From Alphaproteobacteria bacterium (GTDB lineage: Bacteria; Pseudomonadota; Alphaproteobacteria; Rs-D84), in assembly GCA_017472065.1 (NCBI GenBank), contig JAFURB010000003.1, positions 16,524-80,523 on the forward strand: a stretch of DNA of 64,000 bases, written 5' to 3'. Positions 1 to 9,424 of the stretch are shown here, in pieces; the stretch's first letter is position 1, and every line of letters begins with the position of its first letter. Under the pieces are notes generated by a model that made no database searches, was not told the origin of the DNA, and saw nothing but the letters and a program-made list of their open reading frames with translations. A program made the position numbers and the translations under genes.

Positions 1-566
1 TCATACACCCGTGCATATGATGCAATATCCACCCCCGTCAGGACGATTTCGCCAAACCCAGCATCCACCGCCGCACGCACGTCGGATAAAATCTCGTCGT
101 ATTCAAATGAAACCGCACGCCCCCGCAACAGTCTTGTTACGCAATAGGTACAATCGTGATTGCATCCATTTTGAATTTGAATAAACTTCTTGGATAATTT
201 TTCATCAGTGCTGTGGAAATTCTTGATTGATGCGGCGCCGACTATGTTGCATGGCGTGCGCGCCATCGCATCTATATATGCATTAATATTTCTTTTTTGA
301 AAATTATCAACAACAATGACATTAGGTATATCACAAAACATTTCCGGGTTACGTGTTGCCGCGCATCCGGTAACGAAAATAGGTGTGTTTTTATTCTCGC
401 GCGCGATGCGGCGGACGGATTGTCCTGATTGTCGTTCGGCTTCGCCTGTGACGGCACAGGTGTTAACCACAATCGCCGTTTCCATAACATTTTTCAGCAT
501 ACTTTGAATCTTTTCAGATTCCAACGCGTTCAGCCGACAACCAAAAGATAACGTTTTAATACTCAT
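1..566 (-). CDS. Radical SAM methylthiotransferase, MtaB/MiaB-like; N-terminal 188 codons, C-terminus lies beyond the window start
   Basis: Manual reverse-complement translation from the ATG at 566-564 gives one open frame to position 1: MSIKTLSFGCRLNALESEKIQ...NTCAVTGEAE (MTTase N-domain) ... NGCNHDCTYCVTRLL (CxxxCxxC radical SAM) ... GFGEIVLTGVDIASY (MtaB-like). The ORF track does not list it (it runs off the window edge) and shows an out-of-frame 72-aa ORF instead. Confidence 0.75.
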   Translation of the reverse strand, partial: MSIKTLSFGCRLNALESEKIQSMLKNVMETAIVVNTCAVTGEAERQSGQSVRRIARENKNTPIFVTGCAATRNPEMFCDIPNVIVVDNFQKRNINAYIDAMARTPCNIVGAASIKNFHSTDEKLSKKFIQIQNGCNHDCTYCVTRLLRGRAVSFEYDEILSDVRAAVDAGFGEIVLTGVDIASYARVY

Positions 567-647
567 TTTTTTATTTTTCTGCTTGCATTTTTACTATCTA
601 TAAGGCATTATAACCAGGCTAAAAATGATTTCAACAAAGGATTTAAT

Positions 648-1040
648 ATGGCCCGTACAACAAATTCAGATACATTACCATATGTAGAAAGTCGTTATGA
701 ACTGGGGATGTTGGCATCTCAACGCGTTCGTGATTTGAACGGTGGTGCGGAACCGGTTGTGGACAAAGAAAACGACAAATTGACGGTTGTTGCCCTGCGC
801 GAAATTGCCAGTGGTAAATTAGATGTTAATGCCGTCCGTCATGAATTTGTACAATCTTACAAAGAAACACCGGCCATGTCTGATGGCGAAGAATCTTTGG
901 AAATTGGTACCGAAGATCCATTATTGCGCGAAATTGATGCGGAATTGGAAAACGCATTGGCGGACGAAGCGCCAATTGAAGATGCCGCAGATGTTATGGA
1001 CGAAGTAATGGCCGACGACATTGTCGTTAACGAAGAATAG
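648..1040 (+). CDS. rpoZ: DNA-directed RNA polymerase omega subunit, with an acidic C-terminal extension
   Basis: VESRYELGMLASQRVRDL matches the RpoZ signature helix; the 130-aa length is typical of the long-form omega in alphaproteobacteria. Confidence 0.85.
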   Translation: MARTTNSDTLPYVESRYELGMLASQRVRDLNGGAEPVVDKENDKLTVVALREIASGKLDVNAVRHEFVQSYKETPAMSDGEESLEIGTEDPLLREIDAELENALADEAPIEDAADVMDEVMADDIVVNEE

Positions 1041-1056
1041 TCTATTTACCAGACCC

Positions 1057-1147
1057 GGAGTCGTCGCATAGTTGGTCTAGTGCGCTACATTGGAAATGTA
1101 GTATACTCGCAAGGGTATCAAGGGTTCGAATCCCTTCGACTCCGCCA
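1057..1147 (+). tRNA. tRNA-Ser (anticodon GGA)
   Basis: Manual fold: acceptor GGAGTCG/CGACTCC, 3-bp D stem, anticodon stem CTACA/TGTAG with loop TTGGAAA, long variable arm, T-arm AAGGG-TTCGAAT-CCCTT, encoded CCA. Total 91 nt. Confidence 0.85.
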
Positions 1148-1157
1148 GGAATAAGCA

Positions 1158-1191
1158 AAACCCCGACAAAATCTGTCGGGGCTTTTTTTTT
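1158..1191 (+). terminator. Rho-independent terminator after tRNA-Ser
   Basis: Hairpin CCCCGACA-AAATC-TGTCGGGG followed by a T9 run. Confidence 0.7.
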
Positions 1192-1361
1192 AGCCGGATT
1201 CCAGCCACTTTTTTACCACAAAGTTACCAGTATGTACAACGAAGTTATCAAATGTTCGAATAATTCCACTGCTTACATACAATTGCCAAAATCCCGATGC
1301 CATTTTTGCCTTGAATAAACACGCTTTTTTGTTAATATCATAACCAAAAATAGGGTGTTGT

Positions 1362-2372
1362 ATGGTTGAAACAAATTTTAAAGCGGAAGCAAAATTGGTG
1401 CTGCCCGAAAAAGTAGATAGTAACATCGGTTGTTCTGTCAAAGTTTTATCCGAAGGCGTTGCTTCCTTGTGTAAACTACCGGAAAAGATATTTGATATAG
1501 TGACCAAATCAGGGGCTACACTGTTTAGGCCATTGGCGGCTTATTTAAATGGAAGGGCAGCTATTATGGAGGCACGGAGTTTTGTGGAATCGCAAAATAT
1601 TCGTAAAGAATTGAGTCAGTTTCAATTAGCAATTAATGTTGCACAAAATCTTGCGGCAAAACAGCAAGCAGGTCAAGAAGTCCCGAAAGAAATCGTTGAT
1701 ACTGATACTTTGTTTGCTATCCAAAATGCAGCGACAGAAACTACTGATAAAGATTTTTTAGAGTTTTGGGCACGCTTGTATACAGAAGAGGTTTGTAATC
1801 CGAATACGATAAGCAAAAAGACGGTCGAATTGTGTAAAGTCATAGATAGACAAGTCGCAGAAATTTTGGAAAAGAAAATATTTCCATATTGTGCTGATGG
1901 TTACTTTTTTGCTACTTACGAAATCGATGTGCATGATTTAAGCAGAATTGAAGATTATGGTTTTATTGCACAAAGAAGTACTGAAATAAGGCCAGAACAC
2001 CCATCTAATAATATTATTTTAAGCTTTGGCCAATATACAGTTGTGTGTAGATCGGGCTTTGCTATTGCACCTCCAATGCCAAAATTTTCTTTATCTATAT
2101 CTGGGGCAGAAATTCGAAATATAATTGCTCGTGATAACGTAGATGTTAATTTTGATATGCTAAAAAATAGTTTGACTTTAGCTTCAAAAAGCTGGAGGTT
2201 GTCCAAGAAGTTTAAAGGGAATATTGTTACACTTATGTCAGATAGAAATGTTGATACGAATTTTGTTATTGCCCAAGGCGACAAAATTATTTATCCAGAA
2301 AGTTGGCAAAATAAATCAATCGTAGATTATACTAATGCTTGTTTGGAGACACTAGATATTAAAACGTCATAA
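1362..2372 (+). CDS. Hypothetical protein (336 aa) between tRNA-Ser and the recombinase; possible island cargo
   Basis: Long ORF with ordinary codon usage. No motif I can assign with confidence. Confidence 0.5.
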   Translation: MVETNFKAEAKLVLPEKVDSNIGCSVKVLSEGVASLCKLPEKIFDIVTKSGATLFRPLAAYLNGRAAIMEARSFVESQNIRKELSQFQLAINVAQNLAAKQQAGQEVPKEIVDTDTLFAIQNAATETTDKDFLEFWARLYTEEVCNPNTISKKTVELCKVIDRQVAEILEKKIFPYCADGYFFATYEIDVHDLSRIEDYGFIAQRSTEIRPEHPSNNIILSFGQYTVVCRSGFAIAPPMPKFSLSISGAEIRNIIARDNVDVNFDMLKNSLTLASKSWRLSKKFKGNIVTLMSDRNVDTNFVIAQGDKIIYPESWQNKSIVDYTNACLETLDIKTS

Positions 2373-2374
2373 AC

Positions 2375-3967
2375 TTAATATAGTTGATTATCTCTCGCAA
2401 TCTGAAACAAATCATTAACATTGATATGTGCTTTACCGGACAAGATTTCATTAACCTTGTCCGGATTCATATATGCAATATCCAAGTGTCTGTAAAACTG
2501 GCGTGGCGAAGTGTGTTCTTCTTGGAATATTCTGTGGATATCCCCATCTCGTTCGTACATTTCCCTATATCTCCACGCCGTCGCGAAAGCCTTCAATATC
2601 AGGTGGTTGTTTTCTGTAATGCTCAGCGTCCCATTGCATCCACCGCCAAATCTGGTGTTGGCATATCGGCGCAGTACAACCGGTCGCACAATCGTTACAT
2701 TGTCGCCATTTACCGTATATTCCATTGGACTGTTATTATGATTGATATGATATGTAGATAAAAATGAATTATACAACCGTGGGTTGATGTTGATACAGAA
2801 TATCAGTTGTTCTTGTGAATAAGTTGCTCGTTCAATCATAACGCGAACCAATTCCCGTCTTTGCAGGTATGACAGGTCATTCCATACAATCCGTTTCAAT
2901 GCCATGACCACATTTTGGGGCAGGGCACTCACATCGCTGTCCAGAAATTCGGCTACAACTGACATGGCGATATCGTCCACCTGGGGTGCGGGCAGATAAA
3001 AGCCACGGGTTGCATAATAATGGGTGTTGGTTTTGCCTTTGCCACATGTTCGTTGATTGGTAAAGCGCACGCCGTTGTGATTAAACAGTTTGCCGGTCAA
3101 CAAATTGGGTGAACCGTGTGTTTCAGACTTGTTATTTGCGTTGTTTTGCAAGGCCGCTTGTACACGATTAAACAGTTCTGTGGGTAATATCGCCTGATGC
3201 TCGCCCGGGGCAGTAGTATTATTCGTCTTGTTCACAATTTGGCCGATATAAATCCTGTCACGCAATAATCGATGCATACTCATTTTGGCAATGGGTCGGC
3301 CACCCTTTATGATGCCTTTGGCGGTCGTCCATTGCTTTGCAAATATATTATGTGCCGCTGCATATTCGGTCAGCGCATTTACAGATTGCAGTTCTAGATA
3401 CTTTTCAAATAGTGTCCGAACTGTTGTGGCCTCAGCCTCATTCGGAATCAATTTTTTATTTATCACATCATATCCCAACCGTGGCATGCCACCCATCCAT
3501 ATACCTTTGGCTTTACTTGCGCGTATTTTATCTCGTACTCGTTCGCTGGAAACTTCGCGTTCAAACTGGGCAAATGATAACAGCATATTCAGCGTCAATT
3601 TACCCATAGATGTACTGGTATCAAAAGATTGTGTTATAGATACAAAGTTCGCGTTATACTTGTTGAAATACTGCATCATATTATGGAAATCCAGGATTGA
3701 GCGCGACAGTCGGTCCACCTTGTAAACCACCACGGTATTAACCAAGCCACGTGCCATATCGTCCAACATTTGTTTCAGGGCAGGACGTTCCATCGTCCCA
3801 CCAGAAATCGCAGCATCGCTGTATGTTTTACAATATTGCCACCCATTGAATGATTGGGATGCAATATATGCCTTGCATGCCTCTTCTTGGTTCTGCAAGG
3901 AGTTAAATTCCATGTCCAACCCATGCTCGGTTGATTTTCGTGTGTAAATCGCACATCTATTTGGCAT
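2375..3967 (-). CDS. Large serine recombinase (resolvase/invertase N-domain plus recombinase domain), 530 aa
   Basis: N-terminus RCAIYTRKSTEHGLDMEFNSLQNQEEAC carries the catalytic Ser motif (YxRxST...Q) of serine recombinases. VVYKVDRLSRS and a 530-aa length match the large serine recombinase family. Confidence 0.85.
   Translation of the reverse strand: MPNRCAIYTRKSTEHGLDMEFNSLQNQEEACKAYIASQSFNGWQYCKTYSDAAISGGTMERPALKQMLDDMARGLVNTVVVYKVDRLSRSILDFHNMMQYFNKYNANFVSITQSFDTSTSMGKLTLNMLLSFAQFEREVSSERVRDKIRASKAKGIWMGGMPRLGYDVINKKLIPNEAEATTVRTLFEKYLELQSVNALTEYAAAHNIFAKQWTTAKGIIKGGRPIAKMSMHRLLRDRIYIGQIVNKTNNTTAPGEHQAILPTELFNRVQAALQNNANNKSETHGSPNLLTGKLFNHNGVRFTNQRTCGKGKTNTHYYATRGFYLPAPQVDDIAMSVVAEFLDSDVSALPQNVVMALKRIVWNDLSYLQRRELVRVMIERATYSQEQLIFCININPRLYNSFLSTYHINHNNSPMEYTVNGDNVTIVRPVVLRRYANTRFGGGCNGTLSITENNHLILKAFATAWRYREMYERDGDIHRIFQEEHTSPRQFYRHLDIAYMNPDKVNEILSGKAHINVNDLFQIARDNQLY
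2572..2900. repeat. Copy 1 of a ~330-bp diverged direct repeat (an internal segment of the serine recombinase gene); copy 2 is at 14002-14329
   Basis: Nucleotide runs such as gaaccaattc(c/t)cgtctttgcaggtatgacag and ccacgccgtcgc...ttcaatatcag(g/a)tggttg are shared. The two ORF-track proteins align: ...VRVMIERATYSQEQLIFCININPRLYNSFLSTYHINHNNSPMEY... versus MVRVMIEQAVYSQEQLIFCININPRLYNSFLSTYHINHNNSPMEY... Confidence 0.7.
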
Positions 3968-4394
3968 TGTTGCCCCCTTTATTTAGTCCAAAGAACTTTG
4001 GACCTGAAATCTTTATGCCGGAAATCTCTTTCGCAATTCCAGACAACGTTCTGTAGGTTTGTCCGTTGTAACAAAACGTTCCATCGTCATTTGCTGTGAC
4101 ACAATGTTCGATTCCGCGGAATGTTCGTGTTATAACCGTGCCGGGACGGATATAGTACCGATTATGATACGCATGGGTGACACATTCTGTGGGATTGTCT
4201 TTGTATTTCTTTATCTTGGTCAGGAACTTTGGTTCAATCCGCAGTTTGAAGCGGTCGCATTGAATATAGTACCACAATGCCCGCATTTGTCGTTTGAATG
4301 GGTGTGGACTGTATTTAGCCCAAAGAGTCGCCCGATCTGCAAACGGCATTGCTCGCAGACCATCCAGTGTTGTTGGAAGTTCTATTTTCGCCAT
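3957..4394 (-). CDS. DUF2924-like protein (145 aa), overlapping and co-oriented with the serine recombinase
   Basis: C-terminal ...YNGQTYRTLSGIAKEISGIKISGPKFFGL resembles the conserved DUF2924 terminus (..SGPRFFGL) that is typically encoded just upstream of large serine recombinases. The 11-nt overlap with the recombinase start implies an operon. Confidence 0.6.
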   Translation of the reverse strand: MAKIELPTTLDGLRAMPFADRATLWAKYSPHPFKRQMRALWYYIQCDRFKLRIEPKFLTKIKKYKDNPTECVTHAYHNRYYIRPGTVITRTFRGIEHCVTANDDGTFCYNGQTYRTLSGIAKEISGIKISGPKFFGLNKGGNNAK

Positions 4395-4580
4395 AAATGC
4401 CTCCTTCTATGGTTGTGCAATTACTGCTTACAAAGCTTCTTAAATCAAGCAGAAAATCAAGTTTTTATAAAAATATTGTGTGTTTGTAAAAAATCTAGTT
4501 GGCAATCACTGTATATTATATAGCAATTCGAGTAAAAAATCTCCGTATTGCAATCTAAACAACAACCAAGGAGCTTTTTT

Positions 4581-5885
4581 ATGAAAACTTTAACAATAGA
4601 AAACGTGGCGCTAAATCAAATACGCGCCTATGCGAAAAACGCAAAAAATCATCCAGAAAGCCAAATCCAGCAGATAGCAGCATCTATTCAGCAGTTTGGG
4701 TTCAATAATCCGATACTAGTGGACGAAAATCTGGAAATCATTGCCGGGCACGGTCGTATGGCTGCCGCCCAATTATTGGGGCTGGATACCGTGCCAGTTA
4801 TCCGTCTGGCGCATTTATCAGATGCACAAAAGCGTGCCTATCGCCTGGCTGATAACAAAATCGCCGAAAACGGTGGCTGGAATGCAGATTTGTTGCGGTT
4901 GGAAATATCCGAACTGGAACAAATCTGTGGCGATATGGACGTATCTATTACGGGATTTTCAGATATCGAACTGGATACCTTGACTATGGATAATAGGACG
5001 ACAGCGGATTCCAAGGCAAATAATGTGCCGTACATCCCAGAAAACGAAATTGTAACACGCCCCGGTGATGTGTGGTGTATTGGCGACCATAGAATTATTT
5101 GCGGAAACAGTCTGGATGCGACGACATTTGAAACGCTGCTTGGCACGCGTCAGGCAGATATGGTTCTGCAAGATCCGCCATACAATGTCAAAATATCAGG
5201 GCATGTATGCGGTTCGGGCAATATCCGGCATAAAGAGTTTAAAATGGCATCTGGCGAGATGAGTACAGATGAGTTCACGCAGTTTTTGCACAAGAACTTT
5301 GAATTGTGTGCGAAACATTCTCGCCCTGGGGCATTACAGTACAATTTCATGGATTGGCGCCACATGGGCGAAATATTGTCCGCAGGAACCGATGCGTTTT
5401 CAGGCCTGATAAACATGTGTGTTTGGTGCAAGACTTCGGGCGGTATGGGCAGTCTGTATCGTAGTCAACACGAACTCTGCTTTATTTTCAAAAACGGCAA
5501 GGAATCACACACCAATAATGTTCAGCTTGGTAAAAATGGGCGTTATCGCACAAATGTTTGGCAGTATGCGGGCGTAAATGCCTTCGGCAGGCACAGGTCA
5601 GACATTCAAATGCATCCGACTGTAAAGCCGGTTGAAATGCTGAAAGATGCGATACTCGACGTCACACGGCGTGGCGATGTTGTGTTGGATACATTTCTTG
5701 GATCGGGCAGTACATTGATTGCCGCCCACCAATCCAAACGCATTTGTTATGGCATTGAACTGGAACCACTGTACGTGGATACTGCTATCCGCAGGTTTTT
5801 AGAAATGTTTCATATCGATGCTGTACATCAAGCATCTGGCAAAACGTATTCGGAATTATTAACCGCAAAGCGAGAGGTGTCGTAA
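4581..5885 (+). CDS. ParB-like nuclease domain fused to a DNA methyltransferase (N6-adenine/N4-cytosine, beta class); phage-type
   Basis: N-terminal ParB/Srx-like region (ILVDENLEIIAGHGRMAAAQLLG). MTase motif IV VLQDPPYN precedes motif I VVLDTFLGSGST (order IV then I gives beta class). RBS aaggag lies 7 nt upstream of the ATG at 4581. Confidence 0.75.
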   Translation: MKTLTIENVALNQIRAYAKNAKNHPESQIQQIAASIQQFGFNNPILVDENLEIIAGHGRMAAAQLLGLDTVPVIRLAHLSDAQKRAYRLADNKIAENGGWNADLLRLEISELEQICGDMDVSITGFSDIELDTLTMDNRTTADSKANNVPYIPENEIVTRPGDVWCIGDHRIICGNSLDATTFETLLGTRQADMVLQDPPYNVKISGHVCGSGNIRHKEFKMASGEMSTDEFTQFLHKNFELCAKHSRPGALQYNFMDWRHMGEILSAGTDAFSGLINMCVWCKTSGGMGSLYRSQHELCFIFKNGKESHTNNVQLGKNGRYRTNVWQYAGVNAFGRHRSDIQMHPTVKPVEMLKDAILDVTRRGDVVLDTFLGSGSTLIAAHQSKRICYGIELEPLYVDTAIRRFLEMFHIDAVHQASGKTYSELLTAKREVS

Positions 5886-6253
5886 TGGCAGATTATGAAT
5901 TGGGCTATATGAAACCGCCTAAATCGGGACAGTTCAAACCAGGTCAATCTGGTAACCCAAAGGGGCGACCAAGTGGCAGCAAAAATATTTATAAATTACT
6001 GGATGACATTGTAAACGAAAAGATTCAAATGACCAAAAATGGCAAGCCAGTAAAAATAAGCAAAAAGCAAGCCATGCTATTACAGGCGACAAACAAGGCT
6101 GTGCAAGGCGATTTAAAAGCGTTGCAGACTCTGCTGCCTGTGATGGCAGAAGCAGACAATAAAAATGAAGAACTTGCCAAAGCAGCCACAGCTATTCGGC
6201 AGGACGACATAGAAATATTAAAACAGTATTTAAAGGAAAACAACAATGAATAA
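5885..6253 (+). CDS. Putative terminase small subunit-like protein (DUF5681-like)
   Basis: N-terminal KPPKSGQFKPGQSGNPKGRPSGSKN motif. Position is immediately upstream of, and overlapping, the large terminase. Start codon overlaps the stop of the preceding gene (ATGA). Confidence 0.4.
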   Translation: MADYELGYMKPPKSGQFKPGQSGNPKGRPSGSKNIYKLLDDIVNEKIQMTKNGKPVKISKKQAMLLQATNKAVQGDLKALQTLLPVMAEADNKNEELAKAATAIRQDDIEILKQYLKENNNE

Positions 6254-7697
6254 AGAAATTATGAATGCAATATTACGTACAGATTTTAAATCTTTTGTGG
6301 TAAAGGTGTTTAACGAGGTATCTCCTGGTTCACATTACCTGAACAATTGGCATATTGATGTCATTTGTGACGCAATTATGGATATGTACGAAGGGCGACA
6401 TAATCGCCAGATTATAAATATGCCACCGCGGTATATGAAAAGTATGATATGTTCAATCGCATTGCCGGCGTGGATACTGGGACATAACCCAAAGGCTCAA
6501 ATACTTTGTGTCAGTTATAATGATGAACTGGCAGAAAAATTCGCGATCAGTTGTCGTGACGTTATGCAATCGGATTGGTATCGTGAACTTTTCCCAATGA
6601 CACGTTTGCATCAATCCAGGCAGGCTGTAAACGATTTTGCAACCACACGTGGTGGCGGACGCATTGCCGCATCTGTTGGCGGAACATTGACCGGTCGTGG
6701 CGCAGATTGGATAATCATAGACGATCCACAGAAATCTGTGGATGCAACATCGGAAACCCAGCGTGCCAAATTGAATGAATGGTATGGCTCTACGTTATAT
6801 TCGCGTCTTAATGACAAGGCAAATGGCAAAATTATACTGGTAATGCAACGTCTGCATCAGGATGATTTAACTGGACATTTGTTGGAGTTGGGCGAACAGT
6901 TCAATATCATTAAGCTGCCCATTATTGCAACCGAGGATGAAAACTGGATGGTCAAGAATCGCATTTCTGGTAAAGTGCGAGTAATTACGCGTGCCAAGGG
7001 CGAATTGCTGCACACAGAACGTGAAAATATGGATGTTGTGACAAGCATAAAGAACTCTATGGGTGAAAATGCATTTGTTGCCCAATATCAACAAGATCCA
7101 TGTCCACCAGAAGGCGGAATTATTAAAGAGTCATGGCTACACTACTATACCAAGGCACAGGGTGAATCCATAGATCCAGCTAAGTATTGCAGAATTTTTC
7201 TTAGCTGGGATACAGCCAATAAAACTGGGCCAAATAATGCGTATTCCGCTTGCTGTGTTATATTGATGACACGCGAATCCAATATGTATAAATACTACCT
7301 GCTAGATGTTGTTCGTGGCAAATGGGAAATGCCCGACCTTATCAGACAAGTGGAAAAAGTGTATTGCTATTGGAAGTATGAAAAGGGTGGACAACATTTG
7401 GTAAGATTGTTAATAGAAGATAAGGCGAGTGGAACGCAATTGATACAAATGCTAATGGCACAAAGAGACCGTCATGGATACAATTTTGCAATTGAACCAA
7501 TAAAGCCCGATACAGATAAGACATCAAGATTAATGGGGGCTAGTGCTTATATAGAAAACGGTACATTACGTTTTCCACAAGAGGCGCCTTGGTTGTCAGA
7601 TTTCAAGAAAGAACTATTAGGATTCCCTAATGGTAAATACAAAGACCAAGTTGATGCCTTAACACAATGTATAAATTATGTGGTACAACATTCATGA
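6246..7697 (+). CDS. Phage terminase large subunit (483 aa)
   Basis: Terminase_6/GTA-type TerL features: ...NNWHIDVICDAI..., ATPase Walker B IIIDDPQK, C-terminal nuclease region ...FLSWDTANK... DQVDALTQ. Confidence 0.8.
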   Translation: MNKEIMNAILRTDFKSFVVKVFNEVSPGSHYLNNWHIDVICDAIMDMYEGRHNRQIINMPPRYMKSMICSIALPAWILGHNPKAQILCVSYNDELAEKFAISCRDVMQSDWYRELFPMTRLHQSRQAVNDFATTRGGGRIAASVGGTLTGRGADWIIIDDPQKSVDATSETQRAKLNEWYGSTLYSRLNDKANGKIILVMQRLHQDDLTGHLLELGEQFNIIKLPIIATEDENWMVKNRISGKVRVITRAKGELLHTERENMDVVTSIKNSMGENAFVAQYQQDPCPPEGGIIKESWLHYYTKAQGESIDPAKYCRIFLSWDTANKTGPNNAYSACCVILMTRESNMYKYYLLDVVRGKWEMPDLIRQVEKVYCYWKYEKGGQHLVRLLIEDKASGTQLIQMLMAQRDRHGYNFAIEPIKPDTDKTSRLMGASAYIENGTLRFPQEAPWLSDFKKELLGFPNGKYKDQVDALTQCINYVVQHS

Positions 7698-7730
7698 ATC
7701 AATGGGGTGTTCGCCCCATTGATTATTTGT
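7697..7730. terminator. Bidirectional terminator between the terminase (+) and a lipoprotein gene (-)
   Basis: Hairpin AATCAATGGGG-TGTTCG-CCCCATTGATT flanked by T and A runs. Confidence 0.55.
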
Positions 7731-8289
7731 TGTCGGCAGGTGCCATCAATTTGTTCTTGCATTCAGAATGCCAGTTGGCCGTATAAACAAAGTGACCGCA
7801 ATAACTTTTGGTTATATCTTTTCTATCTGTATAACAATAGTTTGTTATGTCAACAAACCTGCCATCGTTTAGTCTTTCGGTGCGTATGGTTTTATCAAAC
7901 ATAAAATCTGCATTTTTGAACTGTTTTATGCTCCCAACCGTCCACTTATCCATTGTGCCAATATTACGAACTCTAAGATGTTGTTGGTCCATGCACTCAT
8001 CTATAGAATTTCCTGCGGAACATTCTAACAAACTGGTATAGAAAACTTGTCCTTGCTCTTTCTTGTTGACCCAGGGTTGGTCAACAGATTTTTCACTAAC
8101 AAGGACAATGTATCTACCTGGACTTTCTTCTGTGTGTATAATTGTTTTATCAGAATATCCCATACATTCTTGATATTTAGCCAATGGTTTTTCTATGGGG
8201 ATGTTCGGTTTTGTATTGTCGGATATAGGGGATTGAGCCGATCCGCAACCAAATAATATTATTGTTAGAACGGGTGATAATTTTTTCAT
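7723..8289 (-). CDS. Lipoprotein (188 aa)
   Basis: Signal peptide with lipobox MKKLSPVLTIILFGCGS. Confidence 0.6.
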   Translation of the reverse strand: MKKLSPVLTIILFGCGSAQSPISDNTKPNIPIEKPLAKYQECMGYSDKTIIHTEESPGRYIVLVSEKSVDQPWVNKKEQGQVFYTSLLECSAGNSIDECMDQQHLRVRNIGTMDKWTVGSIKQFKNADFMFDKTIRTERLNDGRFVDITNYCYTDRKDITKSYCGHFVYTANWHSECKNKLMAPADNK

Positions 8290-8304
8290 TGTTATTTCCC
8301 CTTT

Positions 8305-8850
8305 TTATCTTTTCCTGTCTTTGTACGGAACGCGCTTATCTCTACCAGACAAACAGTTTAATTTAAAATAACAATTTTTATCTAACAAACATATTGGACT
8401 AAATAATACGGAAAGTGGTGTATAAACAATTGTTGCACCGCCGCCACAAAAAAATGATTGGTAATATTTTCTTTCTTCTTTTGGAAAGTCTGTGTCGTAT
8501 TTTTCTAATGCTTCCTTATACTTTGCCTCTAGTCCCATATCATTATCAATTGTATAATCTGGAACGGTTTTTACAGTTCCCCATGCAGACGTATAACGAT
8601 ATACTCCAACTTGTTTTACACCGTCTACAGAATACACCCCACCATCCACAATATCCGACTTCATGTTGTCTATTGTAAAATGCCCTAAGTTATTCCTGTA
8701 ATACGCAAGAATTTCATCGTCATCAATAACCTGCAATACCTCTATATTGTCGGCAGTATAATCTGGTTGCAATTTTGGAGCATCGGGGTAATCTGGTTCC
8801 ATACACCCAGTTAAAGCTAGTGCTAAAAAAGATAGATTAAACTTCTTCAT
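8305..8850 (-). CDS. Lipoprotein (181 aa)
   Basis: Signal peptide with lipobox MKKFNLSFLALALTGCME. Confidence 0.6.
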   Translation of the reverse strand: MKKFNLSFLALALTGCMEPDYPDAPKLQPDYTADNIEVLQVIDDDEILAYYRNNLGHFTIDNMKSDIVDGGVYSVDGVKQVGVYRYTSAWGTVKTVPDYTIDNDMGLEAKYKEALEKYDTDFPKEERKYYQSFFCGGGATIVYTPLSVLFSPICLLDKNCYFKLNCLSGRDKRVPYKDRKR

Positions 8851-8861
8851 CTTATCCGTCC

Positions 8862-9110
8862 TTATTTTGGTAGCTTATATTTTTTGCTGTTTTTAATATA
8901 AATATCACGCACAATCCATAAAGCACCATTAATGACTTTTTTGCTTTCTTCTGTGGAACCAAGCCATCTCCAACCGCGTTTGGATACGCCTGTTTTTTCG
9001 TTTGGTCTTTTGGCGTCTATACCGTCAATATATGAATAAGTGCTTTCTTGAATCAGAATGTTGTCAGAAATCTCAATAGTAGAGTGTAATACACCTGCGG
9101 ATTTTGCCAT
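8862..9110 (-). CDS. Small hypothetical protein (82 aa)
   Basis: ORF co-oriented and tightly spaced with the upstream lipoprotein genes. No recognisable motif. Confidence 0.35.
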   Translation of the reverse strand: MAKSAGVLHSTIEISDNILIQESTYSYIDGIDAKRPNEKTGVSKRGWRWLGSTEESKKVINGALWIVRDIYIKNSKKYKLPK

Positions 9111-9124
9111 TGGCTTCTCCCTTT

Positions 9125-9350
9125 TTATAAATTAATGACCGCCAACGGAATTGACGGTCGGGGAGTTGGTGTCAGCAAACGAATGCTCCGCAGCCTTCGG
9201 GCAAGCCCTGTTTTATAGCAAACGGCTCCCCGACCAAAGTCGGGGGATTTTAACGACAAATGCCGCGTCTGCGGGCCACCACAGCCCCGAACCCAATTCC
9301 CATTGGATTCAAACAATAACTTAGCATTAATATGTAGACAAATCAAGCGA
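9125..9350. other. GC-rich, hairpin-dense intergenic segment; candidate structured RNA or regulatory element
   Basis: About 58% GC in a ~38% GC context. Several stem-loops, e.g. GGCTCCCCGACC-AAA-GTCGGGGGATTTT and GACCG-N13-CGGTC. The 73-aa ORF the track calls here is basic and low-complexity and looks spurious. Confidence 0.25.
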
Positions 9351-9424
9351 GTAATAGTTTATTCTATGGAATTTTTAATAAATTTATGCTATGTTCTCGA
9401 TGGTAGCCAAGGAATTATGCATAA

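Noticed and set aside
272-490. 72-aa minus-strand ORF listed by the track
   Set aside because: It is out of frame with the continuous MtaB-like reading frame (1-566, minus strand), which has clear radical-SAM motifs.
2384-3725. Several 76-146-aa plus-strand ORFs within the recombinase gene
   Set aside because: They are antisense to a recombinase ORF that has a catalytic serine motif and a co-oriented DUF2924 partner.
9125-9346. 73-aa minus-strand ORF
   Set aside because: It lies in a GC-rich hairpin-dense segment. It is basic, low-complexity, has no RBS and is not co-linear with neighbouring genes. It is treated instead as a possible RNA element.
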